A stretch of DNA of 20,000 nucleotides from Halocafeteria seosinensis (Eukaryota), in contig LVLI01000198.1 of assembly GCA_001687465.1 (NCBI GenBank), positions 52,726 to 72,725 on the forward strand, given 5' to 3'. Below, one piece after another: positions 8,613-19,254 of the stretch. The notes under the pieces were generated by a model, which did no database searches, was not told the DNA's origin, and saw only the letters and a list, made by a program, of their open reading frames with translations. The position numbers and the translations under genes are program-made. Each line of letters begins with the position of its first letter. Positions within the stretch are counted from its first letter, which is position 1.

Positions 8613-11600
8613 ATGAGTGATACGGCCCAGCAGGACGTGTCAACTGGATGCTCTGAAGCCCAAAGGAGTGAAGCACGCGGGGCCCGGCCTAATAGCTTCA
8701 TGAGGCCGAACAGAGAGACGAATAATGGAACTTCGTTTTCGCATACGGTCTTCAGACTGCTTCCTTTGTCCATAATTCTCGGACTCGTGGCCATTGGTGT
8801 GTATTTTCGATTTCAGGTAAGCTTTCTAGTTGAGCACGGCATGCAATCGCGTAGTCGCTGCTTGATACTATCCTCGAGGTGGCCCTGCAGCTAGCTTCGT
8901 GGACGGGACGACAAGTTAAAATCTTACTATATGGCGTATGGACTTCTCCTGTCCCAGAAGAACGCGGAGAAGATGCGTAAGTGCAGCTTTTTAATCCATT
9001 AAATCAATCTTTTGACGCTCTGGTACGGTGGCCATCTTCGGTGGCGTTGCAGCAACTTCTGGGTGGGCATCGTCGCGACATTATTTTGCGATGCATTACT
9101 CATACAGCTGATGGAGCACGTCCTTCAAGACAAAATGTGGAAAATGATCACAAGGGTGGTTTTCATGGCCGACGAAGGAGCACAATTTGAGGTGGTGCAG
9201 AGACTCCTTAAGAAGACCCTCCATGGAAAGTTGCTAATCTTCTTGACGAAACAGTTGACGATGTTGCTTTTATGGTTTTTCACTCCACCTGTTACTTTTG
9301 GACATGACGTTAATTCAATGCTTTACGGGCTCTTTATGGACCCAAGCCAGTCAGTATGGCAAAACGAAAGTGGCGTGGTTCTCCCAGAACCGGACAACTA
9401 CCGTCATACCCGACTGCTACTCGATCGCAAGCTTGCTCTTCTGGTATATGTCGCGGCTGCATGTTACTGGTGGGCATGTCAGTCTGGTTTGTTGTCGTTC
9501 CATGCGTCATCTGCAAGACAGAGCTCTCTTGAACACTCGCTCGATCGAGGCAACTTCAAATACCTTACACCTCTGACGGCGTACGTACGGAACCGCAAGA
9601 GTATGGCCCTATTGCTGATGTCCTTCTGCCTAGCTGGCATGCGCATTTACGAGCCTTTAGCAGCAACAGGAGTTGACGTTATTTCGTTCTTCTGGCTTCT
9701 AATTTCAAAATATCCCCTGGTAGCCCTGGTGTTTGGCATGGCGTGTGTCATTCCATCCATGTTATTGGGTGGCTGGTTGCAGAGATCATGGGGCACGAAC
9801 TTTGGAAGCCTAATGTGCCTCACTGCCCTTCATGTGTTTTTTCTCCTGTATAGTTTACAGGTAGGGAAGGTGCTTGGGCTGGAGATTTATACGGATAGTC
9901 TCCGAGCAAACGCGGAGGCTGATCCTGTGCTGGACTTATCACCGAGCACTAGAGACGCATTTCAGCCGAACATGCTTGAATCGCTATGGATAAATCCTTC
10001 GAACTATAATGCGCAACGACTCGCTAGTTTGAGTCGAATAAACTACTCTTCCTCACTGAGCAGTTGCGAGGCGACTCTGGACGCTTCGAGGGGTATCTGC
10101 AATATAGTAATATCCTCTAACGCTGCCGCTGCCCTCTTCCACCCGCATTACCACGCTACGGAGATGCCTTCCAGGTTACTACAGCTAAACCTCAGTATTA
10201 TGTTTTACTTGCTTTCGCGCGCATTGGTGGTTTTTGGAGTGCTGTACCTGTGCGCCACAGCACTTCACGCTTTCTACACGATTTACGTAGCAAGTCCTCT
10301 TTTGCGATGTAGTTGGAACATGAAGGATGCGAAGTTAAAAATTGAAGGTGGAGGGGATGGCTCTGAGTCGTTATACAAGTTTCGTGACGCAGTTTATGAA
10401 GCAGTGGAAGGCTCTTCTTCAAAGCAATTCTCCGATGAGTATAGCGAGGAAACCGGTGCCGCCGAAAATACTGACACGGAGGAGGGCCGATCGGAAGAGC
10501 AAGATTCCAAGTGGTGGAGTTGGGAAACTCTGTCTGGTGCTATGAAGAAGGTCTCATCCTGGGTAAAACCTGAGCTCTTGTCTTGGTGGCATGACTTTTA
10601 TCTCATAAGGGAGACAACTCAGGATATCATCAGGCAAGATACCAAAATCAGCACGTCATTTTCGTTCGATATTCCGGTGGAGAACCCAACAGGTCGGAAA
10701 CTGCGGATTCCAGACGCAGAATTCGAACTAAACGTTGTTCCGGATGCTGTGTCCTTGTCACAGCTTTACGGGAATGCTCACGAAGAGAATATCTCGAGAC
10801 GCAGGGACCACGATCCTTCTGCAAGGAGAAGTGCAATGGGAGCTATTCGAATGAGGACACAAAATACGCGGGTTGATTCTCCGTCATGGAGCCTCTTGAC
10901 ATCTCATGCTCCAAGTGTAGTATCCGCTGGCGTAAAGTCCGTATTTCGATTGCTGACCAGTGTAGGCTGTGATATTTTGACATGTGTCGGGATAGCACTT
11001 CCCGGACCCTTAATGCAGCTGTTATTATGGACATCTGCAAAAGATCCAAACTTGGTATGGTGTCTCCCTTTCCCTGCAACGAAGACCCTCGGGACGATTT
11101 CTATGGATGCAGTGGAAGTTGACCCTGGCTCTCATGTCGTTCATGGCACAGCAAAGGTGACAGTGGTAAGTACTTATTGCAAGAAGAGGTTCTTTTTTTT
11201 CTTATTTTCGACTGACATTCACTACTGCAGAATGTCGGGTCTGTCTTGCTGTCTTTGAGTCAGCATTTTAAAAATGTTACTCCCGGGTCCCTACAACTTG
11301 CTAGTGTGCTTCAGCAAGTGTCCAATAGCCTTTTATCATTTCCCGGAGTGGAGGAGCGAATTCATCCGTCATGGAGAATCGGTGGGTTTGCTTTGGTTTT
11401 CAATCAATCCTCGCAGGTGGTTGATTGGCTCTCTTACCGAATTGCGTTGGCCGCATTTAGTGGCTCAGCTTCTATGGGAGCTGAAACGGTTGCAATCACC
11501 ACGGTGAATGACCCGGATAGTAACAAATTTACTCCCCCTTTCCTATTGGACAACAATGAAGACATCTCCCCTCAACGCTGGATGTGCGCCTTTGACCAAC

Positions 11601-12799
11601 AACTTGCATCTCTTCCCAGCTCAGGTGATGTGTTCCGTAAATACCAACGAGAAATTGACCGGTGTACCCAATTATTGAATAACTGGAGGACTGCTGTGCC
11701 GGTGCAACACGCAAATATTCGCCGTACGTTACAAATGGATTTGTGATGCTACACTTATTATCGTCAGACGTTTTTGTATTTCGCAGACCCTGGTTTTGGC
11801 CAAGTATTTCGGCATTTCGAAGAGGCCTTGGCCTCAGTTACGAACCAATTGCAATCTACCCAAGAAAAAATCCAGTCAAATTATGACTTGGGAGCTCTAA
11901 CTACGTGGATGCCGCTCTTGTGGAGTGTCATCAACGTTACAACACATCTTATGCTCGTCAAGCAGAAAGCCAAAAAAGTTGCGAAGGCGGAGCCAGGAGA
12001 CACTGCCACGTTGATGAAAAATATATCTGAAAACGCTCTGCAGCAATACACAGAAAAGATGATAGACTTAGGATACGCTGTGGCATGGATGCAGCTCTCC
12101 AATTCGTTGAGGAGCTCATCGCAAATATCGAGGGAATTTGGCCAGGTCGATAGCCCGATTCACTCTTTGCTGATTGCGTGTCTAACCCTGCTGGCCGATA
12201 GGATTCTTGTCTCTACTCCTGATGACCCCTCTGCTCAAGAGCGAGGACAAGGGAGTGAAGAGGGAAGCAGATTAATTGGACCGTGTCCACCACCAGAGTC
12301 TCCCAGGGAGCAAGATATCCACCAGGATGGAGAGCACCATGACACAGCGAGTAATGGTGGAAACAACGGTGCTTCAAATGATGAGAGCAATGCTCTAAGT
12401 CACCACCAAAATGATGGCATTCCGGAGGATCGGCTCCATATGCAGTTGCCTCCTACAACATATGCAGCCAGCGCATCCGAGTCTGCTACCATGCAAGGCT
12501 CCCATGTTGCCGACACAAGGCATGGGGGACAGTCGGAAGGCGAGAAAAGCAATGCAACGGGTATACGACAAAGAACCCAATGGAATAGCATACATCACCA
12601 TCAAGAATCGGGTGAGTTCGGTATGACTCACAGAAAATCCGAAGGCAATGGAGGTCCCCACACTGTACCTCATGAACGGGAGCAGACGAGCTCTGTGTAC
12701 CCAACCGCCCCTCCAAGCACCCCTCCCGCAGCTGAAGACGAAGTCAATGAAGCCTCGGACTCTGAGGAAAGCTTTCACTCCGCCCAGAGGGAGGATTGA
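8613..12799 (+). CDS. Unknown multi-pass membrane protein, ~1306 aa; exons 8613-8816, 8879-8976, 9053-11165, 11231-11723, 11787-12799
   Basis: Four phase-compatible GT-AG introns (8817-8878, 8977-9052, 11166-11230, 11724-11786) join the 8613, 9012, 11246 and 11774 ORFs plus a short exon at 8879-8976 into one frame. An alternative in-frame acceptor exists at 8890. The N-terminal half has many hydrophobic segments and the C-terminus is low-complexity and acidic. No family recognised. Confidence 0.75.
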
Positions 12800-12837
12800 G
12801 CTTACATGCGCCAATGCGGTTACATATCAAAATGTAC

Positions 12838-14136
12838 TCAGCTTCGAATGAGGAGGGGAAGAATTGGATTTACCAGCTGTGGAAGGGACTGATTCTGCAG
12901 TAATGGAAGGTTGTCAGCGACCCTGCAGAGCGTTTCTGGCTTAGTATGTAGGAAAACTTGTCTTCTCAGACGAATTGCCTCGTCTTTAGCCTCGGTGCCT
13001 TCTGGTAAAGGCGAAGTTCTCAGGGCTCTGTCCTTGAAGTACCATCTGGCCTGCAGCAGACTCGCAGCATGGGTTGTGGAGCCTTGACTTCCCCCGAATG
13101 CACTTGGCACAGGAGAACGAGTCCGTTTGTATGTGTATGTCCGAGCCGCCTTGATTTGCGTCGGGGGTCTGTGTATCCAAGAGGTCCGGTTAAAAGGACT
13201 AGTGCGTTGTACTGGGAGCTGTTTGTCGGTCTCACAGTCTAGGGTGAGCCACACACTCTTGCAATCTGGGTGTATGCCGATAACTCCTATCTTGCTAATC
13301 GACTGTCCTAGGTTCGTTTCGAGTTCTCCATGATAAAGTCCTTCGATTCTATGTATCTGAATCGTGCTTGATTGCTCTTCCTTTACAGCGTTTGCCGCCT
13401 CAGCGCGACACAACTGGAAGCCAGGTACTTCAGCTACTGGAGGCGTGCGTTCGCCATTGGATAGGCAATCCTTGTATCTCGCCGGGCTAAAATGCATAAC
13501 AACTATGCTCCCGATCGTCTTGAATACAAATGAGTATTTGCTTGTATTCTCGTCCGCAGTAGCTGCCCGGCAGCCCACACAAGTAGGGTGAGGCAAGACA
13601 CCTTCCGTTGTTGACAGTTTGAAGTTTAGTGGCATGGGATCCAGGAAGAAGGTTGGATCTTGTTCCTTGATGGTTGGCACGACGGATACATAGAGGACCC
13701 CGGATTCGTGATGTGCGAATAGCAATAAGCATTGGTCACCAGGTAGTTGCCATAGAGTTATATGCGGCTCTTGCCACATGCTTCCTTCCAGCTTGGGAGG
13801 CGGAAGGTGCGAGAATATCTTGGTTCGCAATGCTGGTTTCGAACAAGGTATCTTGGAGATGAGTGAATTGACATCCCATAATTGCAGAAAGTACTCTTCC
13901 TCATCATGCTTGTAAGAGATAATATATTGCCCATCTCGTGTAAAGCCCAACATCACTTCATCTTTCACCGGAGGAATCAACTCAATGACTTCCTCGATTC
14001 CCAGCACTTGTGCACTTCTAAAACTTCTGAGTTTGGGTTTCCAGAGCGACGGAGAACGGAATTTGGGTAGGTTTCCATAACCCATTTCACGCTTTAGAAG
14101 GCGCTGAAGTATGGAATAGTTATCTGTCATCCACAT
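12838..14136 (-). CDS. DCAF15: DCAF15-like protein (DDB1-CUL4 substrate receptor family)
   Basis: N-terminal helix SILQRLLKREMG, then VMLGFTRDGQYIISY...YFLQLW...KIF...HITLWQLPGD, resembles the DCAF15 pattern FLGFxxxGxYxxSY...YxLxWW...RLF...LTVxEWPSD. C-terminal NLPLLQNQSLPQLVNPILPLLI resembles the family terminus. Start is 14136 or 14130, with an in-frame stop just upstream. Confidence 0.7.
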   Translation of the reverse strand: MWMTDNYSILQRLLKREMGYGNLPKFRSPSLWKPKLRSFRSAQVLGIEEVIELIPPVKDEVMLGFTRDGQYIISYKHDEEEYFLQLWDVNSLISKIPCSKPALRTKIFSHLPPPKLEGSMWQEPHITLWQLPGDQCLLLFAHHESGVLYVSVVPTIKEQDPTFFLDPMPLNFKLSTTEGVLPHPTCVGCRAATADENTSKYSFVFKTIGSIVVMHFSPARYKDCLSNGERTPPVAEVPGFQLCRAEAANAVKEEQSSTIQIHRIEGLYHGELETNLGQSISKIGVIGIHPDCKSVWLTLDCETDKQLPVQRTSPFNRTSWIHRPPTQIKAARTYTYKRTRSPVPSAFGGSQGSTTHAASLLQARWYFKDRALRTSPLPEGTEAKDEAIRLRRQVFLHTKPETLCRVADNLPLLQNQSLPQLVNPILPLLIRS

Positions 14137-14762
14137 TGCAGGGAGGAGGAATTCAAATCAAATCCATTCAAACTAGTCTGTCTTGTTTGCCAGACAGAGC
14201 CGAGTCCATTCAACACGAGGTTCTGTGAGGACCTCGTGTCATGATGATGGTAACCTAAACAACATTCACCACTGGACAAAGTGAAATGGGACCATAATGG
14301 AGATTTTATACTTTGGGGGAATTTGAAATGTGCAATTGTGTGACTTGTGAAGTTCAGGAAGAAGTGAGTCTCGTTTCGAGTCGTTTGATTCCTGCACACG
14401 AGAAGAAAGAGATGTGCATTGGGGATAGCAAATGCTGCAAGCTTCTGAAACAGTCTTAAAGAATTCACAGTTTTGCTTGGAGCGGTTGGACAAGGCTCGC
14501 AATACCGGAATAAAATTCCACACAGACAAGAACTTCTGCATTCGTACCGAATAAGCTCCATCAATACCTCCATTCCTCGTTCCACTATTTTCTATCCCCC
14601 TTTTGCACTAGCAATCAGCAGTCACGAATGAAAGCGAACTAACCACACGATTGAGTTAACTTAATGCCCATGAAGTTGAAGTTGGGCGCAGGACGTTACC
14701 AGCTTCAGTAAGATATTATACACGGACAGATAAAGCCTGTTTTGTGAGACCAGTCCCGCCAG

Positions 14763-14803
14763 TATAAATAGCGATTCAGTTCCCCTCAGAGTAGCGTCAG
14801 TGT
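14763..14803 (+). promoter_or_regulatory. Candidate core promoter of the acyl-CoA ligase gene (TATA box plus initiator-like TCAGT)
   Basis: TATAAATA at 14763-14770 and TCAGT at ~14776 and ~14797, upstream of caccATG at 14845. Confidence 0.35.
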
Positions 14804-14844
14804 ACAACAGCAAGAGGTGTCGAATCGATCAAGATACGTGCACC

Positions 14845-17661
14845 ATGAGGACGACGATATTGTCAGGGAGGAAGATGGCAGCTTCCCGTGCGCTTTTCAG
14901 ACGATCCAATAGGCCTTATGCAAGTTCTGGAGCCTGTGCTTCATTCTGTCAACGACAAAATGCTCATTTTTTCCAAGCACGAGGATTTGCGTCGTCGGAC
15001 GCGTCGGATCGAGTGTATTGCAGTTTATTCGATGATGTCCAATTAGCGCCTGATATGTCCTTGACGGACTATGTCTTTAAGGTATGGTACAACAGTGTGG
15101 GGCGCTCAGTTCAACCAGTGGCTGTATACATGCTGGCTAGCAACTATAATTTATTCCTGTCCGCGTCCGGTCTGCAGGGTGCGGACCCCAATGCAACGGC
15201 TTTTGTAGATGGGACTAGTGGACGCTCAATATCTTTTGGGGAATTCGAAGAGCTCATGAGTCGAACCGCTGTGAACCTTCTGAATGACGGATTCCAAGAA
15301 GGAGACGTTGTGGCGATTCATCTGCCTAACTGTGTAAGTGGTACCCTTCCCGCATGGGTGAACCGCAGCACTAAACGTGTTACGATCACTTCCGAACGCA
15401 GCCTGAATACGGAATCGCCTTCCATGCTGTTGCAGCTCTTGGTGGTGTCTGTACCACTGTCAGTCCTCTTGCTTCAGGTACCCTCGCGAATGCTTTTGAT
15501 AGGGCAGAGCCGTGTTTGACTGATAGCGGCTTCTCGCAGGTGACGAACTGAGGAAGCAGCTCAATGATTCGAAAGCCCGCTTCATTCTCACCGTTTCAGG
15601 ATTAAAAGAAACGGCTGACAACGCAGTAACGGGCACTAGCATCGAAGTATGTGTACTCTCTTCTGGAATAAATCGCAGTACTAGTCATGCTGAATGTATT
15701 GTTAATCAATCCACGCAGCGAACTTATTCACTGGGGTCATCCGACTGTTTCGTCACCAGGAAGGACGGCGAATCTACGAAGTTCACGCCTTCAAAATTTG
15801 ATCCCAAGGAGAAAATCATCGCTCTTCCGTACTCTAGCGGTACGACTGGTATGTACATGGATGGTAAAATAGGTATACAAAGTTTTACTATGTTGACTGT
15901 CACAGGTCTTCCAAAAGGGACGATGTTAACCCACTACAATCTAACAAGTTCGTGTTGTAATTTTTTTGGGGTACTTCTTTTCTCCACAATGTCACTTTTG
16001 TTTGTACCAACCCTGTGCAGGCAACATTGCCCAGGTACGAGTCTCAAGGCGGAAAATACTGGTTGTGCAACGACGTCCAATGCGAAATGCTGCAGATGCT
16101 TAACCATCCTGAGTTCTTTATCGATTTCCAAAAAGGGGATCGCGTCCTGGGTGTATTGCCTTTCTTCCATATGTAAGAGCACGCGAGCAGCACTTTGAAT
16201 TGATACGTGAGTCGACACTCCCTGGAATTCCAGTTACGGCATGGTGGTTGTAATGAATGCTGCACTGAAAAAGCAATCCACCATTGTTACGCGTAAGTTC
16301 AGCACTCTGTTTTCGCTGAGGAATTCAGTGTTCAGACATGGTGTTGGCTTATTTCAGTTCCCAAATTTGAGCCGGAGCAATTTTTGAAAACTATGAGTAA
16401 TAGCAAAGTCTCCTTTGCTCCTCTTGTTCCTCCTATCATTCGGTTTTTGGTAAGGCGTCGTTTTTATTTGTTGCCGCAATGCTTTTGGTTTACCTCACCG
16501 ATGGTCACAGGCAAAACACCCCATGGTCGAAAATTATAAAGTTGATTCTCTGCGTGTAATTTTCTCAGGAGCAGCGCCTTTGGACTCTGTCACACAAGAA
16601 GCTGTATGGTCAATATTTCTGTTAGTTTTGGTATTACCACTTACGGTACAATCTATCAATGACCAGGTTGGCAACCGTCTTCCCGGAACGGCAGTTTTAC
16701 AGGGCTATGGGATGACAGAGCTCTCCCCCGTTTCCCATTTCTCGCATCCGAAGCATCATAGGTCTGGCTCCGTCGGGTTTCTTGCTCCTAACTGCAAATG
16801 CAAAATTGTTGACGTGCGTGCACTATTCGGGCTATTTCTGTCAAAAAGAAGGAAATTGGTATATATTTGCTTCCATTCTCGCAGCCTTCTACTCAAGAGG
16901 TGCTTTCTCCTGGGGAAGAAAACATTGGTGAATTATGTATCCAGGGACCAAACGTAATGAAAGGATATCTTAATAATCCTACAGTACGTTATGTCTTCAT
17001 TTATTGGAGAATGCATTTACTAAACTTCGGGTAGCTCCTCAGGCGACGAAGAGCGCTATCGATAAAGATGGTTTCATGCACACTGGAGACCTAGGCTACG
17101 TGGACAAAGATGGGTTCTATTTCATTGTAGATCGCCTAAAAGTGAGTGAAAATGGTATATGAACTTTTGTGCGAGACAGTGTTCAACGTCTCTGACTGGA
17201 TATTTTCAGGAGCTAATCAAAGTCAAAGGATATCAAGTACCCCCTGCTGAACTCGAAGGTTTGCTCTTAGAGCACGAGCATATAGCAGATGTTGCCGTTA
17301 TCGGAATCGATGATGAACGCGCCGGAGAGGTACCAAAGGCATTCGTTGTTAAGTCCAGTGAGGTATGGAAGTAGAATTCAGCCTGCTCACGCCAAATATT
17401 TAACTCGCACCTACATGATCCCAGGCTGACTTGTCGGAAGATGACGTCAAAGACCATGTTGCGAAATGCGTCTCAGAGTATAAGCAAGTACGTAATCGAG
17501 TGCAAGTGATACCGATTTAGCATCTTTCAATAACGCCGAAAACTGAATGCTATTCTTGCCAGCTACACTCCGTTGATTTCGTTGAAGAAATTCCCAAGTC
17601 CCCAGCAGGGAAGATTCTGCGCCGAGTGTTGGTGGACCAGGAAAAGCAAAAGAAGAAATGA
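14845..17661 (+). CDS. 4-coumarate:CoA ligase-like / luciferase-like AMP-forming acyl-CoA synthetase, 17 exons, ~580 aa, with a mitochondrial-type presequence
   Basis: Exons 14845-15081, 15178-15333, 15402-15477, 15540-15646, 15719-15848, 15906-15947, 16021-16034, 16096-16172, 16234-16292, 16358-16449, 16511-16603, 16667-16813, 16885-16983, 17043-17141, 17210-17362, 17425-17487, 17563-17661 sum to 1743 nt in one frame. Motifs: [90 protein letters not shown]. Confidence 0.95.
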
Positions 17662-17800
17662 GTGGTAAAGACTAGTCTCGGTTTTTCAGAAGTTCCTCTG
17701 GACTCAGGTAGAACATCACATAAAAAACATGTCAGTGTGCCGAATCCTCTCCAAGAGGCCCATTATCCTTTCCGGATAAACAAATGAAAATCCCTCATAT

Positions 17801-18887
17801 TTATTTGTAAAGCTTTCGCCGACCTGTTGTCGTCCTTCTTTGTGGTGGCTTTCTGCCAGACGCATAGAGCGTGCTCTTCCGAGGTCTTCCAAATTGACCC
17901 GTGTCCCATTGCGCTTCGGGTCCAGAAGCAGAGTTTTTCCTCTTGGAAGGTGCCACATCAACCGTCAAATCACCTACATCTAAAGCACTACCCAACTGTC
18001 GCTTCCCCAGCTTTTCGTGACACTCCTCCAGCTACTGGGGAACCCAAACGTCTCTCCCGTGGTGCTTTCGTTTCGCCTGAATCCTGTCGATCCGAGAGCC
18101 TCCTTTTGAAAGTGTGAACAGTAATAAAGGTTGGTAGGGCAACACTTCATTCATGCATTCCACGTGGTCGCAAAACAGCTTGTTGAAGGGGCGCGCAAAT
18201 GCGAGGATGCGAACGGGATTACAAAGGACGGGGTGATTCCCCAACGTCTGTCAAAATTCCTTATGATTGACGGTATCTTTCCTCGGGTAGTGCTTCAGTT
18301 GGTCAAGACTCGATAAAGCTTCCAAAGCCGTTCCCTCGGCCTTGTTCTTCGTTTGACAAATCGTCAAAACGGGATGTATTTCAGGATCAGGTCTACCACG
18401 GTAGTGCTTTGCTTTATCATCTTCAGAGTTCTTAACGACATGGCCACCAGCATCTTCAACCTTTGCACCGCCCGAAATCACCCGGCAAGAATGAGCTGCT
18501 CCAGTCGCTGAGGGGCCTGGATGAGTGTTGTTTCCGTCACTTCTGAGTTCATTGGAGAGCTCAAGCCGCTGTTCATATCCCGGCGGGGATAGAAAAAACG
18601 CTTGATCTTCGTTCCCAGCGTTTTTATCCATGGAATAATTACATAAGGGTGCTCGAGCAACGCTCCATAATGGTGACGCCCTTGATCTCCAACATGTATC
18701 CCATTTTGCGACAGATACTTGTCAACTGGTCAGAGAGGTTACACATAGGTACAACTGTACCTTACCAAACATTTCTTCGGCGGAAACAAAGTCAGTTTTA
18801 CGCCCCTCCCCCACTGTCCGATGTTTGAGCACTAAACGCACAACAAGAGAAACTTCAGTCGTCAGACGCCCTTTTCCATCCTCATCG
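17801..18887 (-). pseudogene. Degraded paralogue of the adjacent PD-(D/E)xK-like (D..QxK) nuclease-fold gene
   Basis: ORFs 18631-18251, 18244-18032 and 17995-17801 share one frame, split by single stops (TGA 18253-18251, TAG 18034-18032), with a frameshift near 18632. The product aligns with the 19522-19998 ORF: LTICQTKNKAEGTALEALSSLD vs LVIIQVKNRAKNTFLEGMSGLD; NHPVLCNPVRI vs DHPDLSRVIRV; PLLLFTLSK vs PIIPLRLTK. The boundaries are approximate. Confidence 0.65.
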
Positions 18888-18941
18888 GTGTGTATTGGTA
18901 TTGCTCCTACCCGAAGACGGGCTAGGCTAAGCTGTGTGAGG
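18888..18941 (-). repeat. Element terminal segment, copy B (hairpin CCTA-G-CCCG/TCTT/CGGG-TAGG plus ACACAC tail)
   Basis: Minus strand reads cctcacacagcttagcctagcccgtcttcgggtaggagcaataccaatacacac, homologous to 19195-19254. Confidence 0.7.
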
Positions 18942-19194
18942 GGTGAAGTTCCCGGTGAACCCCACCGGAACCGGTCCACCATCTTCACGTTGTGGCGCAT
19001 CAACGTGACTGACAGTTTGGCCATCATCAGCTTGCGGAAGTTCCGCATCTCCCTTGTTCCCCTGTGGAAGCCCGGCGCCTTTCTGGCAATTCTCTTGAGG
19101 AACTTGATTGCATCCTCCCGAAGCCGCCCATCGCCTCTATCGCGAACGGGATGATTTCCGTGCGGTGGTCCCTCAGGTGCCTAGTGTAGGAGGC
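18888..19194 (-). mobile_element. 5'-truncated 3' end of a CRE-like non-LTR retrotransposon (C-terminus of the restriction-like endonuclease domain plus 3' terminus)
   Basis: Correcting one frameshift at ~19117 gives YTRHLRDHRTEIIPFAIEAMGGFG/EDAIKFLKRIARK...FRKLMMAKLSVTLMRHNVKMV. This matches the CRE/RLE terminal pattern Y...PFxxExxGxxG..A..FL..lA...lSv.l.r.N..M. The segment looks more GC-rich than its flanks and ends in a hairpin plus AATACACAC. Confidence 0.75.
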
Positions 19195-19254
19195 GTGTGT
19201 ATATTGTACCGGTAATCTTGCCCCTACCAAGACGAGTAGGCTACGCTGTATAGG
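19195..19254 (-). repeat. Element terminal segment, copy A (hairpin CCTAC/tcgtcttg/GTAGG plus ACACAC tail)
   Basis: Minus strand reads cctatacagcgtagcctactcgtcttggtaggggcaagattaccggtacaatatacacac, a diverged direct repeat of 18888-18941. Confidence 0.7.

Noticed and set aside
3903..14136. Functional cluster of SDE2 and DCAF15-like (both tied to splicing and ubiquitin)
   Set aside because: They are separated by unrelated genes, and eukaryotic adjacency alone is not evidence without conserved synteny.
14127..14585. 152-aa minus-strand ORF upstream of DCAF15-like
   Set aside because: Different frame from DCAF15-like, no motif, and I found no convincing splice path joining them. Probably UTR or promoter, though an upstream exon or uORF cannot be excluded.
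17801..18631. Stop-codon readthrough or alternative genetic code explaining the in-frame TGA and TAG
   Set aside because: Two different stop codons plus a nearby frameshift indicate decay. Intact genes in the window use TGA, TAG and TAA as normal terminators.
18888..19254. LTR pair or CRISPR-like repeat
   Set aside because: Only two diverged ~55-nt copies, no TG...CA termini or primer-binding site, and the enclosed sequence encodes a non-LTR RLE C-terminus.
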